Shown in pieces: positions 37,783 through 47,092 of a stretch of DNA of 64,000 nt. Under the pieces are notes generated by a model. That model worked only from the letters and a program-made list of their open reading frames with translations. It was not told the DNA's origin and did no database searches. The position numbers were made by a program, and so were the translations under genes. This stretch comes from Fluviicola sp. (lineage in GTDB: Bacteria > Bacteroidota > Bacteroidia > Flavobacteriales_D > Crocinitomicaceae). The stretch lies in the NCBI GenBank assembly GCA_002734065.2, contig NVXU02000044.1:1678-65677 (forward strand), in the 5' to 3' direction. How positions within the stretch are numbered: the stretch's first letter is position 1; every line of letters starts with the position of its first letter.

Positions 37783-38792
37783 TGAGAATACTACTCTTCA
37801 TATTATTCAGTTTTCTTTTCACTTCTGGTGTAAATGCCCAACAACGAGCGGTATATTCTAACTTCATGATGAGTGATTACTATCACAACCCTGCCATCGC
37901 TGGAACCAAAGATGTACATGTTGCTAATGTAAGTTACAGAAATCAATGGATTGGTTTTAGCGGCGCACCATCGTTAATTATGGCAAACTTCTTTGGGTCT
38001 ATTAATAACAACACCAAAAATGGATACGGTGTGTCAGTTATCTCAGAAAGAACAGGAATTACACAGAATTCTTCCATTTACTTGAATTATGCGCAACATT
38101 TTAAGCTTTCGGAAAATTTAAAACTAGGACTCGGTGTAAAACCCGGCTTTATGCAATACAGAATAAAACTCTACGACGCTATACTTGCAGATGAAGGGGA
38201 CAATGTTCTAACTGGAAATGTTTACGCAGCAAACGCATTAGATTTAAGTGCTGGGTTTAACCTCTATTCAGAAAAGTTTTTTGTCATGGCTTCCTTTCAG
38301 CAGTTGCTTGGGAAAGGATTGCGTTTTACTTCTTACAACGAGAACTTGAGCTTTCATTACAACGCGATTCTAGGCTACAACTTCTTATTGAAGAAGAAAA
38401 AAATTCAAATTCAGCCTAGTTTAATGGCTAAATACACAAAACCAGTCCCTTTACAATACACGGGAATGATTAAAACTACATTCAACGATAAATTTTGGTT
38501 TGGATTATTATACACAGGTGATGTAAACTGGAACACGAGTCAATATCCTATTAACGCCGCTGGAATTTCATTAGGAATGACTTTCAAAGAGCGTTTTATG
38601 GTTGGTTATAGCTTTGACTACACGCTTTCTAAAATTAGTAGTTACCAATCGGGCTCCCACGAAATTATGTTGACTTTTGTGATTACCAAAAACAAGCCGA
38701 CACTTGAAGAAGAAGATGATAAATTAAATAACAGTATCATGGAGGAGATGAAGAAGAAGATGGAGGAAAAAGAGCAACAAGAAAAGAATTAA
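37782..38792 (+). CDS. PorP/SprF-family T9SS outer membrane protein (copy 1)
   Basis: AQQRAVYSNFMMSDYYHNPAIAG N-terminus typical of TIGR03519; ATG shares one base with adhesin stop (TAATG); E/K-rich C-terminal tail. Confidence 0.85.
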   Translation: MRILLFILFSFLFTSGVNAQQRAVYSNFMMSDYYHNPAIAGTKDVHVANVSYRNQWIGFSGAPSLIMANFFGSINNNTKNGYGVSVISERTGITQNSSIYLNYAQHFKLSENLKLGLGVKPGFMQYRIKLYDAILADEGDNVLTGNVYAANALDLSAGFNLYSEKFFVMASFQQLLGKGLRFTSYNENLSFHYNAILGYNFLLKKKKIQIQPSLMAKYTKPVPLQYTGMIKTTFNDKFWFGLLYTGDVNWNTSQYPINAAGISLGMTFKERFMVGYSFDYTLSKISSYQSGSHEIMLTFVITKNKPTLEEEDDKLNNSIMEEMKKKMEEKEQQEKN

Positions 38793-38802
38793 TATAAACG
38801 TT

Positions 38803-41800
38803 ATGAAACTTTTAAAATACATCATTCTTGCGCTTTTACTAAGTAATGTTAGTGCGTCAAAGCTACAAGCACAAATAGACACCTTGTTTTGGTTTGCCCC
38901 ACCATGGGTGACACCCGATCATGATAACAATGTGCAATTAGCATTTAGAATCTCAACTTTTGGAAATGCGGCGACAGTAAGAATGCAACAACCCGCTTTA
39001 TTGTTTGATACAACTTTTGTTGTTCCTGCAAACTCTTTAGCAGATGTGCCATTAGATTATTTAGTTAATTCTTTAGAAAGCACTCCTGCAGATGCAATAC
39101 TCACCTCGGGAATGAAGATTACCTCTACCGAATTAATCACAGTCGTTTATGATTTTATTTCCGATTTAATTACAATATCACCCGGCTCACCTAATAATCC
39201 TGAAACGTACTCCTTGAAAGGACAAAATGGTATGGGATTGGAATTCGTAACTCCTTTTCAAACAATCTGGAACAATCGCGCACTTTCGACGGATAGAAAT
39301 GGTGATGGAACTGTTACTCAACCTAAACAGTATTTTTCAATTGTTGCCACAGAAGACAACACTACGGTCTACATTAAACCCAACTGTGATGTTATAGGTC
39401 ACCCTGCTGATATTACTTATTCTATAGTATTGCCCTTGGCAGGGAATGTTTACACCTGCGAGAATGTTACTCTAATTACAAGTGCCCCAGGAGACAACCT
39501 GTCTGGTTCTGTTGTTTTTGCTGACAAACCCATTTCTATAACAATCAACGATGATTCTGTAAATCCAGCAGGAGGAGGAGGTTGTTTTGATTTGATGGGA
39601 GATCAAATTGTACCAACAGATGTAATCGGAAATGAATACATTGTAAACATCGGGTTCTTAAATGCCGGCTCAAACGAGTCCATTTTTATCATTCCCGCAG
39701 AAAATTTTACTACTGTGACTGTTACTGATGGTGGCACTACAACTCAAATGATGAATCAAGGAGAGACTTGGCAATATTCTATTACAGACCCTCTAACACA
39801 CATTATTGCTGATAAGCCTTTGTACCTTGTACATATGTCAGGCTATGGCTGTGAGTTAGGAATGGCTATTTTGCCTCCCCTCAATTGCGCTGGGTCTAAT
39901 GAGGTTTCTTTTGCAAGAAATAACAATCAACAATTCTTATTGAACTTACTTTGCGCTGCAGGTGACGAAGGATCATTCACATTAACAGGTCCTGGAACAG
40001 GAACTGTAACAGCTGCTTCTTTTGCTCCTGTACCAGGAACTGGTGGGGCTTGGGTGGGTGCTCAAATTGATTACACAACGGCAGAAATCCCCAGTGGCAC
40101 TCAAAACACATTGACTAACTCTGCTGGTTTTTTCTCTATGGGGGTTATTAACGGAGGACCTGCAACGGGTTGTCTGTATCATTATATGTCTTCTTTTCAC
40201 CGAAGGGTAATCACAGAAGCTGGTGTTGACACAACTTTATGTAACGGCGTTCCAACAGTTGATTTAAACGGAACCGTAACTGGAGGAACAACTACTGGTA
40301 TTTGGACCGTTCTTGATGGGACAGGAACCATTAGTAACCCAACAACTTTAGTGAATACTTATGCACCAACAACAAGTGATTATAATCAAGGTTATTTAAC
40401 CTTTGTTTTGGCATCTACAGGCAATTGTACACCTGTAACAGATACGATGCGTGTTACTTATATTCAATCACCGATTGTTGATGCTGGACTGGATGATGGT
40501 TACTGTAAGAATAACATTGGAGCCGTACCTATATCAGGTTCGGTTAACTTTGCTGCAGGAGCCAATTGGACGGGTGGAAATGGAGGTGCTTTTGGTAACC
40601 CTGGAAGTCTTGCGACAACCTACACCCCTTCACCAGCGGACATTGCACAAGACAGTGTGATTCTTGTTCTAAGTTCTGCAGGAAGCTTTTTCTCCTGCCC
40701 AAATGATAATGACACTGTTGTTATTCGTTTTACACAGGCACCCGCAGTTATTGCCGGAGCAGATGCCGTTCTTTGCTCAAACACTTCAACGATTAACCTC
40801 AACGGACTCGTTTCTGGAGCTACATCCACTGGTATTTGGACAACCAACGGGGCGGGGGCATTCTCCCCGACTTCTACTGCGCCAATTACGGACTATTTAG
40901 TAAGTTCTGCTGACACAACTGCTGGGACGATTTCTTTGGTCTTGACCTCAACAAATAATGGCAATTGTTTAGCAGAACAAGACAGTATTCAAATAACATT
41001 CTTAGCTGAGCCTTCGTTAACGATTACCTCTGCCGATTCGATTTGTTCTAACTTAGCCTTGCTAAGCCTCGACGGAACTATCTCTGTTGGCTACACCCCA
41101 ACTTGGACAACTGGAGGCTTTGGTTCTATTGTTGCTCCAAATTCTATCTCTACACAATATAATATTACGGCTGTTGATACAGCGCAAGGCTATGTTGATT
41201 TCTACTTAGAGTCAAACGCTGGAATTTGCCCAACAACTACTGACTCATTAAGAATATACTTCATTGACCCACCAGCTGTTTTTGCAGGTCTTGACCAAAA
41301 CTTTTGTGACAATGCCGTTATACAAGTAAATGGTTCTGTAACCGGAATTAGTTCCGTTGGGAACTGGACAACGTTGGGTACGGGGACTTGGAGTCCAGGG
41401 GCAAACTTCCCAGTTACAACTTACATTCCATCAGCTCTTGATATAGCAAACGGCTCTGTAGATTTAACCTTATCTTCCACAAGTGTTTTTGGGTGCGCTC
41501 CGAATAGCGACGTCGTTACGATAACATTCTTAAGCTCTCCAACGGCTGATTTCTCCGCAACAATGGCCTGTGCGGGACAGAACACTGTCTTTACAGATGG
41601 TTCAACTGGTTCTGTCACTAATTGGGATTGGGATTTTGGAGATGCGGATACTTCAATCGTTTCTAACCCAACGCACACTTATACGGGGTCTGGTAATTAC
41701 ACAACAACATTGATTGCTTATTCTAGCAATGGTTGTAGTGACACTACTCAACAAGTAATAGTTGTTAATCCTGTTCCTATTGCTGATTTTTCGCCAACAG

Positions 41801-42552
41801 CAGCATGTGAAAACATTCCCATTAACTTAACAGACCTTTCTTTTATTTCTGGAGGATTAATTAATTCTTGGATGTATGACTTTGGAGGCGGTGCATCAAG
41901 CACAGATCAACATCCAACTTACACTTTTACTGGTTCTGGCTTGCAACAAGTGACCCTCACTGTTACTTCTACGCTAGGTTGTGTAGACGACACCACAATT
42001 AATTTCTCAATAACACCTGCGCCAATAGCAGATTTTACATTTACGCCAGACCAAGCAATTGTTCAAGAACAAGTAAACTTTACAGACATATCTGTTGGAA
42101 ATGGAATCTATCAATGGTTGTGGGAGTTTGGTGATGGACAAGGAAACAACGTGCAGAACCCCGTCCATTCTTTCAATGACGGCGGGACTTTTGATGTCAT
42201 GCTCATTATTACGGATGCAAACGGATGCATTGATACAGCTGTTCATTCTATTTTAATAGGATTGCCTCCTGTTTTACCGACTGGGTTTACGCCAAACGGA
42301 GATGGAGAGAATGACATTTTCTATATACGGGGCGGTCCTTTCGAAACCGTTTCTTTTAATGTGTATAATAAATGGGGAGAATTGATTTTCTCTGCCACAG
42401 AAGCTGATTTTATAACAGACTGGAGTGATTTAGGCTGGGACGGAACCTTTCAAGGTGAACCTGTTCCTCTTGGTGTTTATACATGGACATTTGTTGTGGA
42501 ACAAGGTCGAGAAATTCATAAAAAAACGGGTGACGTTACCCTAATGCGTTAA
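38803..42552 (+). CDS. second giant adhesin-like protein with T9SS type B C-terminal domain (paralogue of 34357..37782)
   Basis: Same architecture: signal peptide, homologous N-terminal domain (DTLFWFAPPW, SGYGCELGMAILPPLNCAG), 5 x ~89-aa modules, 3 PKD-like domains, CTD PTGFTPNGDGENDIF ... GVYTWTFVV ... GDVTLMR. Confidence 0.85.
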   Translation: MKLLKYIILALLLSNVSASKLQAQIDTLFWFAPPWVTPDHDNNVQLAFRISTFGNAATVRMQQPALLFDTTFVVPANSLADVPLDYLVNSLESTPADAILTSGMKITSTELITVVYDFISDLITISPGSPNNPETYSLKGQNGMGLEFVTPFQTIWNNRALSTDRNGDGTVTQPKQYFSIVATEDNTTVYIKPNCDVIGHPADITYSIVLPLAGNVYTCENVTLITSAPGDNLSGSVVFADKPISITINDDSVNPAGGGGCFDLMGDQIVPTDVIGNEYIVNIGFLNAGSNESIFIIPAENFTTVTVTDGGTTTQMMNQGETWQYSITDPLTHIIADKPLYLVHMSGYGCELGMAILPPLNCAGSNEVSFARNNNQQFLLNLLCAAGDEGSFTLTGPGTGTVTAASFAPVPGTGGAWVGAQIDYTTAEIPSGTQNTLTNSAGFFSMGVINGGPATGCLYHYMSSFHRRVITEAGVDTTLCNGVPTVDLNGTVTGGTTTGIWTVLDGTGTISNPTTLVNTYAPTTSDYNQGYLTFVLASTGNCTPVTDTMRVTYIQSPIVDAGLDDGYCKNNIGAVPISGSVNFAAGANWTGGNGGAFGNPGSLATTYTPSPADIAQDSVILVLSSAGSFFSCPNDNDTVVIRFTQAPAVIAGADAVLCSNTSTINLNGLVSGATSTGIWTTNGAGAFSPTSTAPITDYLVSSADTTAGTISLVLTSTNNGNCLAEQDSIQITFLAEPSLTITSADSICSNLALLSLDGTISVGYTPTWTTGGFGSIVAPNSISTQYNITAVDTAQGYVDFYLESNAGICPTTTDSLRIYFIDPPAVFAGLDQNFCDNAVIQVNGSVTGISSVGNWTTLGTGTWSPGANFPVTTYIPSALDIANGSVDLTLSSTSVFGCAPNSDVVTITFLSSPTADFSATMACAGQNTVFTDGSTGSVTNWDWDFGDADTSIVSNPTHTYTGSGNYTTTLIAYSSNGCSDTTQQVIVVNPVPIADFSPTAACENIPINLTDLSFISGGLINSWMYDFGGGASSTDQHPTYTFTGSGLQQVTLTVTSTLGCVDDTTINFSITPAPIADFTFTPDQAIVQEQVNFTDISVGNGIYQWLWEFGDGQGNNVQNPVHSFNDGGTFDVMLIITDANGCIDTAVHSILIGLPPVLPTGFTPNGDGENDIFYIRGGPFETVSFNVYNKWGELIFSATEADFITDWSDLGWDGTFQGEPVPLGVYTWTFVVEQGREIHKKTGDVTLMR
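40216..41550 (+). repeat. 5 tandem ~89-aa Cys-bracketed modules
   Basis: Same module pattern as 35680..36745; coordinates approximate. Confidence 0.7.
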
Positions 42553-42555
42553 TGT

Positions 42556-43575
42556 ATGATTAAAAGAATTACTCTCATAGCAATTTTCTTTTTAGGTGTT
42601 CATGCAGCAAATGCACAGGACGCCCACTTGTCGTTGTATGATGCTGCACCCCTCTCTTTAAACCCCGCAATGACGGGAGTTTTTGAAGGTGACTGGAGGT
42701 TGCATGGCCAATACCGAACGCAATGGAAGTCCGTTAATTTTAAACCTTACCAAACAGGGTTAATCAGTTTTGATATGTCCAAAAAGAAATGGGGTTTTGG
42801 TATTCAAATTTCTAACTTTAGAGCAGGGCAAGGAAATTATAACGCTCTTCAAGGTTCTGTTTCTGCTGCTTATACTACTTCTTTAGACAGAAGGAAACAC
42901 CACAATTTATCCTTTGGATTACAGGCTGGTGTGACACAAAAATCAATAGAATACCAGCTTTTAACCTATAATAACCAATACACAACTATTGATGGCGGTG
43001 GTTTCAATCAAGATTTAGGCTCTTTGGAGAATTTTAACGGGCAATCTGTTATTTTGCCAGTCACAAATGTCGGTTTACTCTATTTCTTTGCGAAACAAGA
43101 GAGTAGGCTTAATCCATTTATTGGTCTTTCTGCTTTTAATTTGTTAGAGCCTAAAGAATCTCTTTACGGTATCGATAATCGATTGCCTATGCGTTTTTAT
43201 GGGCACTTTGGTACGCGAATTAATGTTACGGAGTTGTTCTATTTAATTCCTAAGTTATTAGTGATGAATCAAGGTAAATTCTGGGAGCAAACTTATGCGT
43301 TAGATGCCGGTTATTACCTCAAAAACAATGACTTTTATCTTTTGGGAGGAGTAATTGTTCGTTCTGTTGGAGATGTTGCAAATACCTTTGGATCCGATGC
43401 TATGATTATTTCGATAGGAGCAAAAATGGAAAACATTGTTGCCAAAATTGCCTACGATGTTAATGTTTCAAAGTTGTCAAGATTTACCGCTGGAAAAGGA
43501 GGGTTTGAGGTCTCCGTAACTTATACACATCAGAAGAAGAAACCTCGAACAGAGAAAATTTGTCCACGACTTTAA
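42556..43575 (+). CDS. PorP/SprF-family T9SS outer membrane protein (copy 2)
   Basis: AQDAHLSLYDAAPLSLNPAMTG N-terminus; starts 3 nt after adhesin stop. Confidence 0.85.
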   Translation: MIKRITLIAIFFLGVHAANAQDAHLSLYDAAPLSLNPAMTGVFEGDWRLHGQYRTQWKSVNFKPYQTGLISFDMSKKKWGFGIQISNFRAGQGNYNALQGSVSAAYTTSLDRRKHHNLSFGLQAGVTQKSIEYQLLTYNNQYTTIDGGGFNQDLGSLENFNGQSVILPVTNVGLLYFFAKQESRLNPFIGLSAFNLLEPKESLYGIDNRLPMRFYGHFGTRINVTELFYLIPKLLVMNQGKFWEQTYALDAGYYLKNNDFYLLGGVIVRSVGDVANTFGSDAMIISIGAKMENIVAKIAYDVNVSKLSRFTAGKGGFEVSVTYTHQKKKPRTEKICPRL

Positions 43576-43585
43576 GAAGAATTTC

Positions 43586-45694
43586 ATGATAAAAAAAATC
43601 ATCATATTTGTTTTACTAGCGCTCCCTATGGTTGTGCAAAGTCAATCCAGAAAGGTGTGGATAAACAATGCCGACAACTTTTACGAAAAAGAAGACTTTC
43701 ACAATGCACTGATTAATTATAAATTAGCTTTGAGTGATTCTTCAGGCTTATCAATGATGGTCCTTCCTTATGAAGTTGACATTACAAAACAGAAGTTAAG
43801 TGAAAAAGGCAAAGAAATTGATACCGCTCGACAGGTTCCGTTGCGAGATTATTTAGAACATCAAATTGCTTCTTGTTACTTACAGACTTACGACTACAAA
43901 AAAGCCGTTGAACAGTTTGAAAAAACATCCACTTTTGAATCTTATCCCGAGGATGTCTATCACTTCGCAGTAGCCCAAATGAATGTTGATCAGCATGAAA
44001 ATGCAATCGTTAACTTCGAGAGATACATCAGCTCCGACCATTACAATGACTCCTTACTTAGAAGTGCTCAGCTTTCCGTTACGGGTTGCAAATACGCAAT
44101 GAACAGTGAAAATGTGAAAGAAAAAGTGGCAGTTTGGAGAGCAGACACCAACGTATTTAACAAAGGGTCCTCTTCTTTTGCTACTATGTTCTTCGGAAGT
44201 GAAGAAAAAATTCTATTCACAAGCGCTCGAGATGGTGGCGTAATTTTAGATCCTGAAAAGCAAGATTCTAAGTTCATTTTAGACCTCTACTGGACTCAAA
44301 AATCAGGGGAAAATGACTGGTCAGAAGCAAAAAACTTTGGAAGACCGTTGAATACTGCTCAGCATGATGCTTCAGGCACACTGAGTAAGAATGACATTAT
44401 TTACTACACTCGCTGGAGTGATGCTGACAGAAAAGATAAGAATATCTATTTGGCGAGAATGGTCAATTTAAAGTTCTATGAGTCTTTTAAACTTCCTGAA
44501 GCGGTTAATGTTCCGGGCTATAAAAGTGTTAACCCTTTCGTTACTAAAAGCGGTAAATGGCTTTACTTTTCAAGCAATCGACCAGGCGGTGAAGGAGGTA
44601 TGGACATCTGGAAAATAGAATTGAATGAATCTGGCAACGTAATCAACGACGCCATTAATTTAGGGCGACCCATTAATTCAGAATTAAATGAAGTAACTCC
44701 TTTCTATCACCAGGTTTCTTCTACCCTGTTTTTTAGTTCTAACGGACACAATTCCATTGGGGGCTTAGATATTTACAAAGCTTCCTACAATAGACGTAAC
44801 AAGGCTTTCGATGACCCCATTAACTTAGGAATGCCTATTAACTCAAGCAAAGACGATGCTTATTTAATCTGGGATGACAACCTAAAAAACGGTTTCTTTT
44901 CGAGTGATAGAGAACCTTGCGAAAACGGGCATTGCTACGATATCTATCAGGTTAGCAATGAGCCAATAATAATTACCTTGAGCGGTTATGCTTTTAATGG
45001 AGAAACGGATGAAGTTCTACCAAACACCAACCTTGCATTTAAAGATATCGATTTTGTCTTCGAAACTTTTGATCTTAAAACGGATGAAGATGGTTTTTAC
45101 AGTATTGAATTGACTCAGAATCAAGAGATTTTTATTAAAGCAACTCGACCTTCATTCTTTGCCGATGCAGCATCGGTAAACACGAAATCTATCACAGAGT
45201 CAACAAAATTAACGCAGGACTTTTTCTTAAATCCTATTCCAACAGGTGAAATTGAAATTGAAGGGATTGAATACGATTTTGACAAGGCAACTTTGCGTCC
45301 TTCTTCAAAAGAAATTCTAGATAAACTGGTAGAGTTCTTAGAGTTGAATAATAACCTTGTGATTGAAATTAATTCTCACACAGATGCTCGAGGAAGTGAC
45401 AAATACAACCAGCGCCTTTCTCAAAGAAGAGCAAAATCATGTGTTGATTACCTGATTAAGAGTGGAATTAGCAAAACGAGGTTGAAAGCAATCGGCTATG
45501 GTGAGTCAGAACCAAACGTGTTGAAAGGTGCAAACAAAAAACCTGTATTGGATGATAAAGGCAAACGAATCTACTTGACTGAAGATGTTATTAAAGCAGC
45601 AGAATCAGAAGAACTAAGAGAAGAGTATCATCAGCGCAATAGAAGAACTTCATTTAAAGTTGTTGGCGAAGGATTTAATTTGGAAAGCAATTAG
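43586..45694 (+). CDS. PorE-like multidomain OmpA-family protein (TPR + PD40 beta-propeller + carboxypeptidase-regulatory-like + OmpA_C)
   Basis: TPR-like helices near N-terminus; PD40-type repeats (FSSNRPGGEGGMDIW, FFSSNGHNSIGGLDIY, FFSSDRE); CRD-like segment ITLSGYAFNGETDEVLPNT...DEDGFYSIEL; OmpA_C (NSHTDARGSDKYNQRLSQRRA). Confidence 0.75.
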   Translation: MIKKIIIFVLLALPMVVQSQSRKVWINNADNFYEKEDFHNALINYKLALSDSSGLSMMVLPYEVDITKQKLSEKGKEIDTARQVPLRDYLEHQIASCYLQTYDYKKAVEQFEKTSTFESYPEDVYHFAVAQMNVDQHENAIVNFERYISSDHYNDSLLRSAQLSVTGCKYAMNSENVKEKVAVWRADTNVFNKGSSSFATMFFGSEEKILFTSARDGGVILDPEKQDSKFILDLYWTQKSGENDWSEAKNFGRPLNTAQHDASGTLSKNDIIYYTRWSDADRKDKNIYLARMVNLKFYESFKLPEAVNVPGYKSVNPFVTKSGKWLYFSSNRPGGEGGMDIWKIELNESGNVINDAINLGRPINSELNEVTPFYHQVSSTLFFSSNGHNSIGGLDIYKASYNRRNKAFDDPINLGMPINSSKDDAYLIWDDNLKNGFFSSDREPCENGHCYDIYQVSNEPIIITLSGYAFNGETDEVLPNTNLAFKDIDFVFETFDLKTDEDGFYSIELTQNQEIFIKATRPSFFADAASVNTKSITESTKLTQDFFLNPIPTGEIEIEGIEYDFDKATLRPSSKEILDKLVEFLELNNNLVIEINSHTDARGSDKYNQRLSQRRAKSCVDYLIKSGISKTRLKAIGYGESEPNVLKGANKKPVLDDKGKRIYLTEDVIKAAESEELREEYHQRNRRTSFKVVGEGFNLESN

Positions 45695-45787
45695 AGTTTT
45701 TTACTTCTACATTTCTCTGTTTAATATTGGACATTAAACACCCAACAGAAAAATGAAAAAGTATCGACTCTAGTAAAAATTTGGTTT

Positions 45788-46693
45788 TTACCTTCTCTTC
45801 GAAGTAATAAACACTCCCACAAAAATCAACAACATATATCCAACTTTCTCCCAGGTTATCGTTTCTGTGTAATCTTCTGCAATTCCAATTGCTGCAAGAC
45901 TAAACGCAAAGAAAATAACCAAAGCAGGTTGCAAATAAATGTAAGCCGAAGAAACAGATGGTGATAAATACTTCAGCGCATAGACCGTTAAAAGATAGGT
46001 TAAGAAGGTTACTCCAACGACAATGTAAATGATTTTCCAAACAATTGCTGTTGTGAAAGAAGAATAATCCGTTGCAAAGAATTCGGTTAGGGTTGGAGGA
46101 TAAAGAAGGATGTAAATCAACCCGAAAGTAAAGACGTAAGTGATGACTGTCAAGGGAGAATACCGTTGCATCAGTGGCTTTACCAACACAAGGTACATTG
46201 CATAGCTAGAGGCATTAATGAAGAGCAAAAAATCGCCCAAAACAGAGTCGCCTTTGCCTGTTCCAGCGGTTAGTGTTAAAAGTATTGCTCCCGCTGCGGC
46301 GATGAGAATTCCCACTGATTTTTTGACGGTTATTTTTTCTTTCAGAATAAAAAACGAGAGAATAACGACCAAAATAGGATTCACCGTCATGATGATTCCT
46401 GCATTGATAGAAGAAGACAAGCTCAAGCCATGAAAGAAGCACATTTGGTTAATGGCGACGCCGAACATTCCGCAGGCAGCAAATAATAACAGGTCTTTTT
46501 TCTGAATTCTCTCTTTGATAAAGAATATTTTGACCAACCAAAATAGCGCAACTGCGCCAACAACTCTAAACAGAATAAAAACGCTTGGTGTTAAAAAATC
46601 TGGCATTACACCTTTGGCAATCACATGACTTGCTCCGTAAAGAGCATTCACTGCAAACAATGCCAAGTTGGCTTTTAGAAAGCTCGACTTCAA
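45788..46693 (-). CDS. DMT-superfamily (EamA-type) transporter
   Basis: 10-TM, duplicated EamA-like halves, 301 aa. Confidence 0.85.
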   Translation of the reverse strand: MKSSFLKANLALFAVNALYGASHVIAKGVMPDFLTPSVFILFRVVGAVALFWLVKIFFIKERIQKKDLLLFAACGMFGVAINQMCFFHGLSLSSSINAGIIMTVNPILVVILSFFILKEKITVKKSVGILIAAAGAILLTLTAGTGKGDSVLGDFLLFINASSYAMYLVLVKPLMQRYSPLTVITYVFTFGLIYILLYPPTLTEFFATDYSSFTTAIVWKIIYIVVGVTFLTYLLTVYALKYLSPSVSSAYIYLQPALVIFFAFSLAAIGIAEDYTETITWEKVGYMLLIFVGVFITSKRR

Positions 46694-46695
46694 GG

Positions 46696-47046
46696 TTATG
46701 AATTAAACGATTCTTTGGCTGCTTCAACCACACTTTTTGCATTGCCTATGAAAACCTCGTCTCCATTGATCATATACGGTCGTTTTAAGAAGGTGTATTC
46801 TTCCAAAATGTACTTTTTGTAGTCTTTTTCGGTCAAATTCATCTTATTTAGACCTAAAGAACGATATTTCATCGCCTTTTTGGAGAATAATGCCTCGTAC
46901 GAACCTACTTTCTCTTTTAAAAAATCAAGCGTTGCTTCGTCAATGTTCTGTTCTTTGATGTTCTGCAATTCGACAGCCTCCAAGTTTAATTCTTTGAGAA
47001 TACGAACGTTGGTGGAGCAAGATTTTAGATGGTATATTTTTTTCAT
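46696..47046 (-). CDS. ArsC/Spx/YffB-family thioredoxin-fold protein
   Basis: 116 aa; IYHLKSCST N-terminal Cys motif, LKRPYMI motif. Confidence 0.75.
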   Translation of the reverse strand: MKKIYHLKSCSTNVRILKELNLEAVELQNIKEQNIDEATLDFLKEKVGSYEALFSKKAMKYRSLGLNKMNLTEKDYKKYILEEYTFLKRPYMINGDEVFIGNAKSVVEAAKESFNS

Positions 47047-47064
47047 AATTCAGCTTTATATTGC

Positions 47065-47091
47065 CAATTATTAATTGCACATTACTAATTG
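47065..47091. repeat. AT-rich intercistronic motif, copy A (CAATTATTAATTGCACATTACTAATTG)
   Basis: Near-identical copy at 49574..49607; contains the palindrome CAATTA-T-TAATTG. Confidence 0.7.
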
Positions 47092-47092
47092 A

